Source of the DNA: Bacilli bacterium | GTDB taxonomy: Bacteria > Bacillota_I > Bacilli_A > RF39 > UBA660 | NCBI GenBank assembly: GCA_017542465.1 | Contig: JAFXXB010000040.1 | Span: 24,301 to 88,300 of the forward strand | Reading direction: 5' to 3' | DNA length: 64,000 nt | Shown here: one piece after another, positions 17,637-25,990 of the stretch | Position numbering within the stretch: position 1 is the first letter of the stretch | How the letters are laid out: the number at the start of each line of letters is the position of its first letter | The notes under the pieces: model-generated | What the model was told of the DNA's origin: nothing | Databases searched by the model: none | The model's input: the letters and a program-made list of their open reading frames with translations, nothing else | Made by a program: the position numbers and the translations under genes

Positions 17637-17712
17637 TTAATAAAACAATTAAGTTAACTCTTAATTGTTTTTTTATTGTTTAATTTTGATATAATTATTG
17701 TAGGAGTACAAT

Positions 17713-18807
17713 ATGAAGAAGAGAAGATTAAAGAAAAGTGTTAGAAACTTTATTAAATTCATATTTGTTATTATAGTATTAGTATTAATTATACTAATAG
17801 GTTTTAATGTATTTAAAAATAGAGACAATGAAGTTATAGATACTCCTGAAATAATTGAATTAACTATAAAATCAAAAACTATTTATTTAATTAAAGGTGA
17901 AGAATATAAGATTGATTATAATGATAAATACAATTATCAAATTGATGATAATAATGTTGTGTCTTTTAATAAAGGAATAATTAAAGCTAATTCAAATGGT
18001 AAGGCTATTGTTAAGGTATCTACTCCAGCACAATCTGCAGAAGTAACAGTATATGTTACTGATTTATTAGTTCAAGCTACAGTTAATAATAGTAAGTCAT
18101 ATTTGGAGTGTCATCATTATACTGAAGAACAAGCTGAATTATTAGACAAAGTATTAGAGTATAAGATAAGTGAAAAAGGATATGAAACTAGAGCAGGTGC
18201 TGTTGAAGCAGTTAGATTCTTAACATTAAACTTCCCTTATAGATTAAAGTATTTTTTTGAAAATGGAAGACTAGATAGATCCAATTCATTCTTTGATTAT
18301 GTAGATGGAGAAGGAAGATATTATCATAAAGGATTGTATTTAACTGATAATAAATTTTCTGGATTAAAAGCTACATTAAGAGGACCTCAACCATGGGGAT
18401 GTTCAATGTATAATGATACAACTAAAGTGAATAATCCAAATGGATTAGATTGTTCTGGATTTATTACATGGGCACTTGTTAATGCTGGATATGATCCAGG
18501 GGATGTTGGCGCAGGTGTTAATAATTATAATGATATAACTGACATTGGAACTATTGTTAATTTTACTGATAAAGATGCTTTTGAAAATGTTAAAGTAGGA
18601 GATTTAGTTGGAAGAAAAGGTCATATAGCTATGCTTATAGGAATAGAAGATGGAAAGTATTATATAGGTGAAGCATTAGACCGTGGTGAATATGATATGC
18701 ATGTTTATTCATACACTAAAGAGGAATTAATATCTTCAGAATTAACATATTTTGTATATTTAGATAATTATTATAAAAGTGATGGTAATTTAACTAATAT
18801 GTGGTAA
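17713..18807 (+). CDS. membrane-anchored NlpC/P60 cell-wall hydrolase with a Big_2-like domain
   Basis: An N-terminal TM is followed by an Ig-like segment ('VVSFNKGIIKANSNGKAIVKVSTP'). The NlpC/P60 catalytic boxes are 'NGLDCSGFITWALVNAGY' and 'KGHIAMLIG'. Confidence 0.8.
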   Translation: MKKRRLKKSVRNFIKFIFVIIVLVLIILIGFNVFKNRDNEVIDTPEIIELTIKSKTIYLIKGEEYKIDYNDKYNYQIDDNNVVSFNKGIIKANSNGKAIVKVSTPAQSAEVTVYVTDLLVQATVNNSKSYLECHHYTEEQAELLDKVLEYKISEKGYETRAGAVEAVRFLTLNFPYRLKYFFENGRLDRSNSFFDYVDGEGRYYHKGLYLTDNKFSGLKATLRGPQPWGCSMYNDTTKVNNPNGLDCSGFITWALVNAGYDPGDVGAGVNNYNDITDIGTIVNFTDKDAFENVKVGDLVGRKGHIAMLIGIEDGKYYIGEALDRGEYDMHVYSYTKEELISSELTYFVYLDNYYKSDGNLTNMW

Positions 18808-18859
18808 TTATAATTATTTATTGTTATAATTATGTTATAAAAATAGAAGGAGAAAAAAT

Positions 18860-19387
18860 ATGGAAGAAAACAATGTTAATAATCAACCAGTTCAACCAGT
18901 TGAACAAGCTGCACCACAAGCACCAGCAGAACAACCAAAGAAATCAAATGTTGGTTTAATTATTGGTATTGGATGTGGAGTATTATTATTACTTGGTATT
19001 ATTATAGCTATCATAGTAATAGCTGTAGTAGTATTTGCATCAAGTGGTAAGAAGTTAAAATGTACTTACAAGAAGACTCAATCTGGATGTACTACATCAA
19101 TCAATGCTGATATTAAGTTTAAAGGTGGAAGAGCTAATTCGGTTACAATGGATGGATATGTTGATTGTTCAGGATCTGCTTATGAAAGCACAATGTTAGA
19201 TGCTATGGAATCTTCATTAAAGAAGCAAACAAATGTAACTAACATTAAGAGAAGCGGAAGTAAGATAACATTCGACTATAAGGATCAAGCTGGTATTAAT
19301 TTATCAGATCCAAAAAATAGTAAAGTCGGAGTTTCTTACGATGATGCTAAGAAGCAAATCGAAAAAGCAGGATATACTTGTGAATAA
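18860..19387 (+). CDS. Pro/Gln-head / TM / small extracellular-domain protein (DUF1307/YehR-like?)
   Basis: The N-terminal region is 'MEENNVNNQPVQPVEQAAPQAPAEQPKKSNVGLIIGIGCGVLLLLGII'. This shares the 'MEENN' start with 16515 and the 'KKSN(I/V)GLIIGI' segment with 15490. A ~110-aa ectodomain follows. Confidence 0.6.
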   Translation: MEENNVNNQPVQPVEQAAPQAPAEQPKKSNVGLIIGIGCGVLLLLGIIIAIIVIAVVVFASSGKKLKCTYKKTQSGCTTSINADIKFKGGRANSVTMDGYVDCSGSAYESTMLDAMESSLKKQTNVTNIKRSGSKITFDYKDQAGINLSDPKNSKVGVSYDDAKKQIEKAGYTCE

Positions 19388-19388
19388 T

Positions 19389-19416
19389 AAAAAAGTACTA
19401 GTAATTAGTACTTTTT
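19389..19416. terminator. bidirectional hairpin terminator between convergent genes
   Basis: AAAAAGTACT-agtaatt-AGTACTTTTT. A-runs and T-runs flank it on both sides. Confidence 0.7.
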
Positions 19417-20249
19417 GTTTTGCTTAATGTTTTAACCTTGTTTTCACCTGATAAAGACATGTTTTCAGCTAATAACACTTGGCTAACAGTATGTTGTGAT
19501 TTAGTATATAAATCTCTTAATTCATCATTATAATAATAATAGTTTTCATTTATTTTTGAATAAAAGCTCTTTGTATGTTTTATCCATCCTTCTGTACCAT
19601 CTGGACAATAAGTTGATGCTATTCTTTTAAAGAATTCTTCATCAGATTCTTTTTCAAGATTATATCCGTATTTAAGTAAGAAAGTATAATATATAATTCC
19701 TTCTTCTTTATTATTGAACTTTTTATTAGGACCAATTCCAGCAGGATTATTATTATGTTGGTAATTATAAGAGTCTAGGTCTCCACCACATTCTGCGTAA
19801 GTGATTGATAATGCAATCTCTGGGTCTATTTCTAATAGATTAGAGTAATATAGAATAGTTTCTTCATGTGATTTTTCCATCTCATAATTAGTTTCATCTC
19901 TTACTACTTCTTTTTTATTTATACCTAATTGATCTGGTTTAAATGCTAATTTATATATAAATGTAAGTATTGCTTCTTCTTCAGTTTGATAATGAACACC
20001 ATCAATTGTTGTGAAATCACCATCACATACATAATTACATAAACAATTACATACATAATTAGGATTTAAGTTGCATATTTCAGAATACTTTTTAATATAA
20101 TGTAATTGTTCGTATGATAAAGATTCTTGATTCATTATTTCACTATGTGCAGCTTCAACTTGCATAGGTACCATATTTACTGTACCAAAAGTTAAGCAAC
20201 CAACGATAAGTCCTTTGATTAATAATTTCTTCATATTTGTTTTATCCAT
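19398..20249 (-). CDS. secreted protein, tentatively lysozyme/glucosaminidase-like
   Basis: I moved the start to ATG 20249, behind AAGGGAGTGA. The signal peptide is 'MKKLLIKGLIVGCLTFGTVNMVPMQVEA'. 'ITYAECGGDLDSYNYQHNNNPAGIG' resembles the E...N.aGI box of glucosaminidase-type muramidases, but the match is weak. Confidence 0.45.
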   Translation of the reverse strand: MDKTNMKKLLIKGLIVGCLTFGTVNMVPMQVEAAHSEIMNQESLSYEQLHYIKKYSEICNLNPNYVCNCLCNYVCDGDFTTIDGVHYQTEEEAILTFIYKLAFKPDQLGINKKEVVRDETNYEMEKSHEETILYYSNLLEIDPEIALSITYAECGGDLDSYNYQHNNNPAGIGPNKKFNNKEEGIIYYTFLLKYGYNLEKESDEEFFKRIASTYCPDGTEGWIKHTKSFYSKINENYYYYNDELRDLYTKSQHTVSQVLLAENMSLSGENKVKTLSKTKSTNY

Positions 20250-20398
20250 ATAAATCACTCCCTTACACACAAAAAACATTAACATTTTAACATAAATTCA
20301 ACAGTCTAGTCAAATAAAATAAGTATCAAATAATAGTAAATATATAGATTTTTTTTACATTTTATTGATTATTTAATATATAATTATATTAAGGTAAG

Positions 20399-20755
20399 AT
20401 GGTAATTATGAGTAGAAACATAACAAATGTATTAATGAAAGTTGATGTTGAAGAACCTAAAATAACTATAAAGTCAGCTCTTAATAATGCTGATAATAGG
20501 GTAATCAACAATGAAAACTTAAGTACTGAAGAATCTTTCTTAGTTGGTAATGTACAAGCAAATACCAATGATTTAAATGAAGAAGAAAGAAACAGTATTA
20601 ATCAATCTATTAATTTATATGATGTGGATAAAGAGATTAATGATCCAACTATTCATCAAATAATTTCATATCATGTATCATTGTTATCGAGTCGATATGG
20701 AAAAGAAGCTGTGGAGGACTTCCTTCATAATAATATATATCAAATTACAAAATAG
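20399..20755 (+). CDS. hypothetical protein
   Basis: The ORF is followed by a terminator hairpin (AAATAGATTA-tt-TAATCTATTT plus T-run). I recognise no motif. An alternative start is ATG 20408. Confidence 0.45.
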   Translation: MVIMSRNITNVLMKVDVEEPKITIKSALNNADNRVINNENLSTEESFLVGNVQANTNDLNEEERNSINQSINLYDVDKEINDPTIHQIISYHVSLLSSRYGKEAVEDFLHNNIYQITK

Positions 20756-20776
20756 ATTATTTAATCTATTTTTTTA

Positions 20777-20805
20777 TTGAAATAATATATTTGTATATAT
20801 ATAAT
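20777..20805 (+). promoter_or_regulatory. sigma-70-type promoter for argS
   Basis: TTGAAA (20777-20782), 17 nt, then TATAAT (20800-20805). Confidence 0.6.
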
Positions 20806-20869
20806 AGTACGAGTCAATGCATCTATAAATTAGGTGTAATAAATGATATAATTAATAAAGGTGATATGT

Positions 20870-22540
20870 ATGATTACAAAAGAACTAAACAAGTTATTTA
20901 ATAATGAATTAGATGTTAATGTAACAGTTATTCAATCTAATAGACCTGATCTATGTGACTTTCAAATAGATGAGGCTTTTAGGCTTGCAAAAGAATTACA
21001 TAAATCACCATTTGAAATTGCTAATAATATAGTAGATAAGATTAAGAATATAGATAATATAGATAGTATTATATCTAAGATAGAAGTAGTAAATGGATTT
21101 GTTAATATATCTGTAACTGATTCATTTATTAATAAAGTAGTTAAAGAAGTAGCTACTACTTCTAAGTATGGTGTTGAAGAAGATAATAAGAAAGTAGTCA
21201 TGGACTATGGTGGACCTAATGTAGCTAAACCATTACATGTAGGACACTTAAGAAGTGCTATAATTGGTGAATCAATTAAAAGAATACTTAAATATAAAGG
21301 TAATGATGTAATTGCTGATGTTCATTTAGGTGACTATGGATTACAAATAGGTGAAGTTATCTATGCTATTCAACATGATGGTAAAGCTGATGATGAAATA
21401 ACATTAGAGTATTTAAATGAAGCATATCCTAGAATGTCTGGAATATGTAAGGAAAATGAAGATATTAAAAAAGAATGTGAAGAAATCACTAAGAAGATGC
21501 AAGAAGGAGACCCAGAATATAATAGATTATGTGACATCATATGTAATATATCCATTAAGGATATTAAAGGTATTTATGATGATTTAGATGTATCATTTGA
21601 TCTATGGGAATCAGAAAGAAGTGCATATAACTACATTAAAGATGTTGAAGATATATTAAAGAATAAAGGATTATTATATGAATCTCAAGGAGCTATGGTT
21701 GTTGATGTAGCTGAAGAAACAGATTCAAAAGAAATCCCTCCAATGATATTCCAAAAATCAAATGGAGCATATCTATATGGTACTACTGATATGGCTACTA
21801 TCTATGATAGAGAAAATAAATATCAACCAGATAATATGTTATATATAACTGATGATAGACAATCAATGCATTTCACTCAAGTATTTAGAGCATCTCATAA
21901 AGCTGGAATAACTGATGCAGTATTTGAACATAAAGGATTTGGTACTGTTAACGGAACAGATGGTAAACCATTTAAAACAAGAGCTGGTAATGCTCCTTCA
22001 TTAAGAGATTTACTTAATGAAACTAAAGATATCTTTATATCTAAAAAAGAAGAAAACAAAGATATGAGTGAAGAAGACTTAAATAAGATAGTTAATTCAA
22101 TAGTTAAGTTTGCTGATCTTCAAAATAACTTAACTAATGATTACATATTTGATATTAATAAGTTTTCTAATACATCTGGTAAAACTGGACCTTACATGCA
22201 ATATACTGTATTAAGATTAAAGAAAATATTAGATAATGAATCAATACCTACAGAATTATCAGATAATATCTATAATGAAGTAGATAGAAACTTAAGATTA
22301 AAGATAACTAATCTATGTGAAGCATTTGATAAAGCATATGAGAATAGAATGCCATCATATATAGTAGATTATATATACGATTTAGCTAATGAAGCTAATA
22401 ACTTCTATCAAACAAATCATATTGCTGGTTTAGATGATGAAACTAAGAAGAATGATTGGTTATATGTATTAAATATTACAGTTAATATATTAACTGATAT
22501 GTTAAAACTAATTGGTATTGATATACCATCTTATATGTAA
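20870..22540 (+). CDS. argS: arginine--tRNA ligase
   Basis: ATG 20870 follows AAAGGTGAT. The class I HIGH region is 'PNVAKPLHVGHLRSAIIGESI'. The length of about 556 aa is typical, and the C-terminal anticodon-binding region ends in '...IDIPSYM'. Confidence 0.9.
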   Translation: MITKELNKLFNNELDVNVTVIQSNRPDLCDFQIDEAFRLAKELHKSPFEIANNIVDKIKNIDNIDSIISKIEVVNGFVNISVTDSFINKVVKEVATTSKYGVEEDNKKVVMDYGGPNVAKPLHVGHLRSAIIGESIKRILKYKGNDVIADVHLGDYGLQIGEVIYAIQHDGKADDEITLEYLNEAYPRMSGICKENEDIKKECEEITKKMQEGDPEYNRLCDIICNISIKDIKGIYDDLDVSFDLWESERSAYNYIKDVEDILKNKGLLYESQGAMVVDVAEETDSKEIPPMIFQKSNGAYLYGTTDMATIYDRENKYQPDNMLYITDDRQSMHFTQVFRASHKAGITDAVFEHKGFGTVNGTDGKPFKTRAGNAPSLRDLLNETKDIFISKKEENKDMSEEDLNKIVNSIVKFADLQNNLTNDYIFDINKFSNTSGKTGPYMQYTVLRLKKILDNESIPTELSDNIYNEVDRNLRLKITNLCEAFDKAYENRMPSYIVDYIYDLANEANNFYQTNHIAGLDDETKKNDWLYVLNITVNILTDMLKLIGIDIPSYM

Positions 22541-22580
22541 AAGTTGATAGTTATCAACTTTTATTTATTAGGAGGATTAT

Positions 22581-23432
22581 ATGGATAACTTAAAAGTATT
22601 ATTAATTAATGAATATGGTGAAGAATTAACAAATGAAATAATAGATGGATATGTTGATAAATATACGACTATTAGATGTAATGTTGATAAAAATGAAGTT
22701 ATTAACATCTTAAAAGACTTAAATATTGAATATGAAGAAGTTAATAACAATAAGAATGCTCTTATCTTAAAGGAAATAGATGAAAAAGTAATAGAGGAAT
22801 TAGATTTATATAAAGAAGGAAAGATATATCTACAATCATTATCTTCTCAAATGCCTCCTTTATATATGAAGGTTGAAGATAAGGATCAAATATTAGATAT
22901 GTGTGCTGCTCCTGGATCTAAAACTACAGAACTAGCTTATCTATATCCTAATAGTTTAATAACTGCATGTGAGATGAATAAGATAAGAGCTGAAAGATTA
23001 CAGTATAATATAAATAAACAAAATGTTCATAATGTAACTGTATTAAATCAAGATGGAAGAGAACTATCAGAATATATGACATTTGATTCAATATTACTAG
23101 ATGCTCCATGTTCAGGATCAGGAACAATTACAAGTAATCATGTATTTAATATGGAAAATAATATAGATAGTATTGTTAAAATACAAGAAAAATTATTAAA
23201 TAAAGCTATAACATTATTGAAAAAAGATAAATATATGGTGTATTCTACATGTTCTATTCTTAAAGAAGAGAATGAAGAACAAATCAAAAAGGTATTATCT
23301 GATGATGTTGAAATAATACCTATAAGTATAGATGGAGTAGAATTACTTCCTTCTACATTAGATGGAGTATTAACTATTAAACCTAATAAGTATTATGAAG
23401 GATTCTTTATCTGTCTTCTACATAAGAAATAA
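22581..23432 (+). CDS. NOL1/NOP2/Sun (RsmB/RsmF-like) RNA cytosine-C5 methyltransferase
   Basis: The motifs are 'LDMCAAPGSKTT' (SAM binding), 'LLDAPCSGSGT' and 'YSTCS'. The RBS is TAGGAGGA. Confidence 0.85.
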   Translation: MDNLKVLLINEYGEELTNEIIDGYVDKYTTIRCNVDKNEVINILKDLNIEYEEVNNNKNALILKEIDEKVIEELDLYKEGKIYLQSLSSQMPPLYMKVEDKDQILDMCAAPGSKTTELAYLYPNSLITACEMNKIRAERLQYNINKQNVHNVTVLNQDGRELSEYMTFDSILLDAPCSGSGTITSNHVFNMENNIDSIVKIQEKLLNKAITLLKKDKYMVYSTCSILKEENEEQIKKVLSDDVEIIPISIDGVELLPSTLDGVLTIKPNKYYEGFFICLLHKK

Positions 23433-23731
23433 TCATAGGTTTATATTTAATAATTCTATAATTATATTTTGATAATAATAGATTATATGTTAATCGTTTA
23501 ACTTTAAGGTAATTGATATCTCTTATATTAATTACTTTTTTTATTCTATTGGTTAGTTTAAATAAAGATATATTTAATCTATTATTCCTATATAAATAGA
23601 GTATCTCGTGTACTATTAATTCAGGCAATAGTACTGTTTCTATATAAAAATATAGGTCTTGGTAATATTTATTCATTTTATTCCTGCTTTCTTTATTATT
23701 TAATGTTATAATATTTTTAGGAGTGATATGA

Positions 23732-24271
23732 ATGGAATTAAAAGGATCAAAAACTGAAGCCAATTTAATGGCTGCATTTGCTGGAGAATCTCAAGCAAGA
23801 AATAAATATACTTACTATGCATCTAAAGCTAAGAAAGATGGATATGAACAAATAGCTGCTATATTTGAAGAAACAGCTAACAATGAAAAAGAACATGCTA
23901 AAATGTGGTTCAAAGAATTACATGGTGGAGATGTTCCAACTACAACTGAAAACTTAAAGGATGCAGCAGATGGTGAAAACTATGAATGGACAGATATGTA
24001 TGAAGGTTTCGCTAAGGAAGCAGAAGAAGAAGGATTTACTGAAATAGCTGCTAAATTTAGAATGGTAGCTGCTATTGAAAAACATCATGAAGAAAGATAT
24101 AGAAAATTACTTAAGAATATAGATGATGAAGTAGTATTCTCTAAAGATGAAGATAAGATTTGGATTTGTCGTAACTGTGGACATGTAGTAATTGGTAAGA
24201 AAGCACCAGATGTATGTCCTGTATGTGCTCATCCTCAATCATATTTTGAATTAAAAGCTGAAAACTACTAG
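23732..24271 (+). CDS. rbr: rubrerythrin
   Basis: The N-terminal ferritin-like part reads '[26 protein letters not shown]' and 'EKEHAKMW'. The C-terminal rubredoxin-like part reads 'CRNCGH...[11 protein letters not shown]'. Confidence 0.92.
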   Translation: MELKGSKTEANLMAAFAGESQARNKYTYYASKAKKDGYEQIAAIFEETANNEKEHAKMWFKELHGGDVPTTTENLKDAADGENYEWTDMYEGFAKEAEEEGFTEIAAKFRMVAAIEKHHEERYRKLLKNIDDEVVFSKDEDKIWICRNCGHVVIGKKAPDVCPVCAHPQSYFELKAENY

Positions 24272-25644
24272 GATTTCCTTATTTCAATATATTCAGGATA
24301 ATCGTTAATAAGTTCTTTAACAAAAGGACTTATTTTTTTGTTTATAAGTATATATATTTTATTCTTAGTTCTTGTTAAAGCAACATAGAATAATCTTCTT
24401 TCTTCTTCGTGTAATATATAATCTTTATCATTAAGAACATATCTAAGTATTCTTTCATTCTTTATATTATTAGGTATATTATCTGAATTAACTAAGATTA
24501 CATTATCAGATTCTAAACCTTTAGATTTATGTATTGTGTATTTATTATCATATGAGAGTTTATCAATATCTTTATTATTTCTTCCTAATATCATTGGATT
24601 ATCTATTTTATCTATTATATCTTCCAACTTATATCCAAATAATATAACTATTGGTTTATCTAAATCTTTATTAGATACAATACTTTTCTTTAATTGTTTA
24701 GGGTTCTTCATAACAAATGATGATGATACTTTGATAAGTTCATTTGAGTTCCTATATGTGTATTTAAGATAATATACTTTAACATCATCAAAGTATTTAT
24801 GGAAGTTAATAAAAGTATCTAAGTTACATCCTGAAAACCTATATATTGATTGAAAATCATCGCCTACACAGAATAACCTAGAGCCGGTGTATTTAATTAT
24901 TTCTTTAATAAGATCAAATCTAACAGGTGAAGTATCTTGAAATTCATCTATAATAATGTATTTAAAGGGTAAATTAGATGTTTTAACCTTATTTATTGCT
25001 AAAGATATCATATCATTAAAATCTATTTGATTAACCGACTCTAATTCTCTTTTATAGAGTATATATATTTCTAATATAATTCTTAATAACTGTTTTTCAT
25101 TAAAGTATGAATGTTGATAAAACTTAATTAAATCATATTCATCTTTATTATTACTTTTTAGAAGATTGATAAATGTTTTAATTAATATTTTTAGATTCTT
25201 ATAATTATATGTATTAAATATATTACTAGTTTCATCCATATATAAGATATTCTTGAATAATTCTTTTCTATTTTTATCATTCATTATAAATGATTTAAAG
25301 TATTCATCTACTACATAATCTATATATTGATCTTGGCATACTGAATAACCATCACCTATTATCTTTAATCCTAGTTTATGGAATGTTAATACTTCAATAT
25401 CATATCCAATATCTAATAGTTTATTATGTAGGCTTATTGTAGTCTCATTAGTGAAAGATATAGCTAATATTTCATCTTTCTTATATCCTTTTACTTCAAT
25501 TAAATACTTAATTAAACCTAATATAGTTAAGGTTTTACCTGAACCAGCACCAGCCACTACTAGTGTATTTTGAGCATCACTTTTAATAACATTTATTTGA
25601 GTATCATCTAACTTATAACTATTAATTGTAAATAATTCATCCAT
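24268..25644 (-). CDS. UvrD/Rep-family (helicase IV-like) DNA helicase
   Basis: The motifs are Walker A '[12 protein letters not shown]', '[11 protein letters not shown]', 'YRFSGC', '[15 protein letters not shown]' and '[18 protein letters not shown]'. The RBS is AAGGGGAAAG. Confidence 0.85.
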   Translation of the reverse strand: MDELFTINSYKLDDTQINVIKSDAQNTLVVAGAGSGKTLTILGLIKYLIEVKGYKKDEILAISFTNETTISLHNKLLDIGYDIEVLTFHKLGLKIIGDGYSVCQDQYIDYVVDEYFKSFIMNDKNRKELFKNILYMDETSNIFNTYNYKNLKILIKTFINLLKSNNKDEYDLIKFYQHSYFNEKQLLRIILEIYILYKRELESVNQIDFNDMISLAINKVKTSNLPFKYIIIDEFQDTSPVRFDLIKEIIKYTGSRLFCVGDDFQSIYRFSGCNLDTFINFHKYFDDVKVYYLKYTYRNSNELIKVSSSFVMKNPKQLKKSIVSNKDLDKPIVILFGYKLEDIIDKIDNPMILGRNNKDIDKLSYDNKYTIHKSKGLESDNVILVNSDNIPNNIKNERILRYVLNDKDYILHEEERRLFYVALTRTKNKIYILINKKISPFVKELINDYPEYIEIRKS

Positions 25645-25692
25645 ATATACTTTCCCCTTGATTTATAAAAATTCATAATATACAATGTAATT

Positions 25693-25770
25693 AGAGGAGT
25701 GCATCACCAACTGATGCTATCTCCTTTTTATAGGGATGCATCTAGTTTTTTCTAGATGCTTTTTATTTTA
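25693..25770 (+). ncRNA. candidate small RNA with two hairpins, each followed by a T-run; possible type I antitoxin
   Basis: A possible promoter is TTGATT (25658-63), 17 nt, TACAAT (25681-86). Hairpin 1 is GGAGTGCATCA...TGATGCTATCTCC plus T5 (25696-25729). Hairpin 2 is GCATCTAG-tttttt-CTAGATGC plus TTTTTATTTT (25738-25770). The T-runs occur only on the + strand. The ends are not determined. Confidence 0.3.
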
Positions 25771-25792
25771 CCTCCCCATTGATCCGTTCTGA

Positions 25793-25861
25793 TTAAAGTG
25801 CTAGTAAAACAATAATTACTAATAATAGTAGAATTAAAAGTTTTAACTCTGTATTATTCAT
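25793..25861 (-). CDS. candidate 22-aa hydrophobic peptide (type I toxin-like)
   Basis: The product is 'MNNTELKLLILLLLVIIVLLAL*'. GGAGG lies 7 nt upstream of the ATG. This SD is buried in the 3' arm of an ~11-bp hairpin (GTTATCTCCAG-taaa-CTGGAGGTGAT). Confidence 0.45.
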   Translation of the reverse strand: MNNTELKLLILLLLVIIVLLAL

Positions 25862-25954
25862 GTAATCACCTCCAGTTTACTGGAGATAACATCCAGGTGA
25901 TATTTTCCACCCTCTACTATTCTTATTAACGATAAATCTTCAAATCTCGAATAA

Positions 25955-25990
25955 AAAATAAAAAAAGTTGTAATTTCTTACAACTTTTTA
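25955..25990 (-). terminator. rho-independent terminator of addA
   Basis: On the - strand: GTTGTAA-gaaa-TTACAAC followed by T7ATTTTTT. The stem includes the addA stop codon. Confidence 0.75.

Noticed and set aside
20756-20869. Possible T-box or other riboswitch leader upstream of argS
   Set aside because: Only ~60 nt separate the predicted promoter (TATAAT at 20800) from the start codon. No specifier-loop/T-box sequence and no terminator/antiterminator pair is visible.
23407-23763. A 118-aa - strand ORF in the ~300-nt gap between the methyltransferase and rubrerythrin. A shorter version from ATG 23676 has a weak AGCAGGAAT RBS.
   Set aside because: As drawn, it overlaps both neighbours. The product is N/K/Y/I-rich with no motif. 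The region also has to hold the rbr promoter (TGtTATAAT near 23710). A real small gene cannot be excluded, but nothing in the sequence supports one.
25730-25795. Small + strand ORF 'MHLVFSRCFLFYLPIDPF*' starting at the ATG within hairpin 2
   Set aside because: It has no SD at a usable distance. Its start codon is buried in a stable stem. The stretch is better explained as RNA structure.
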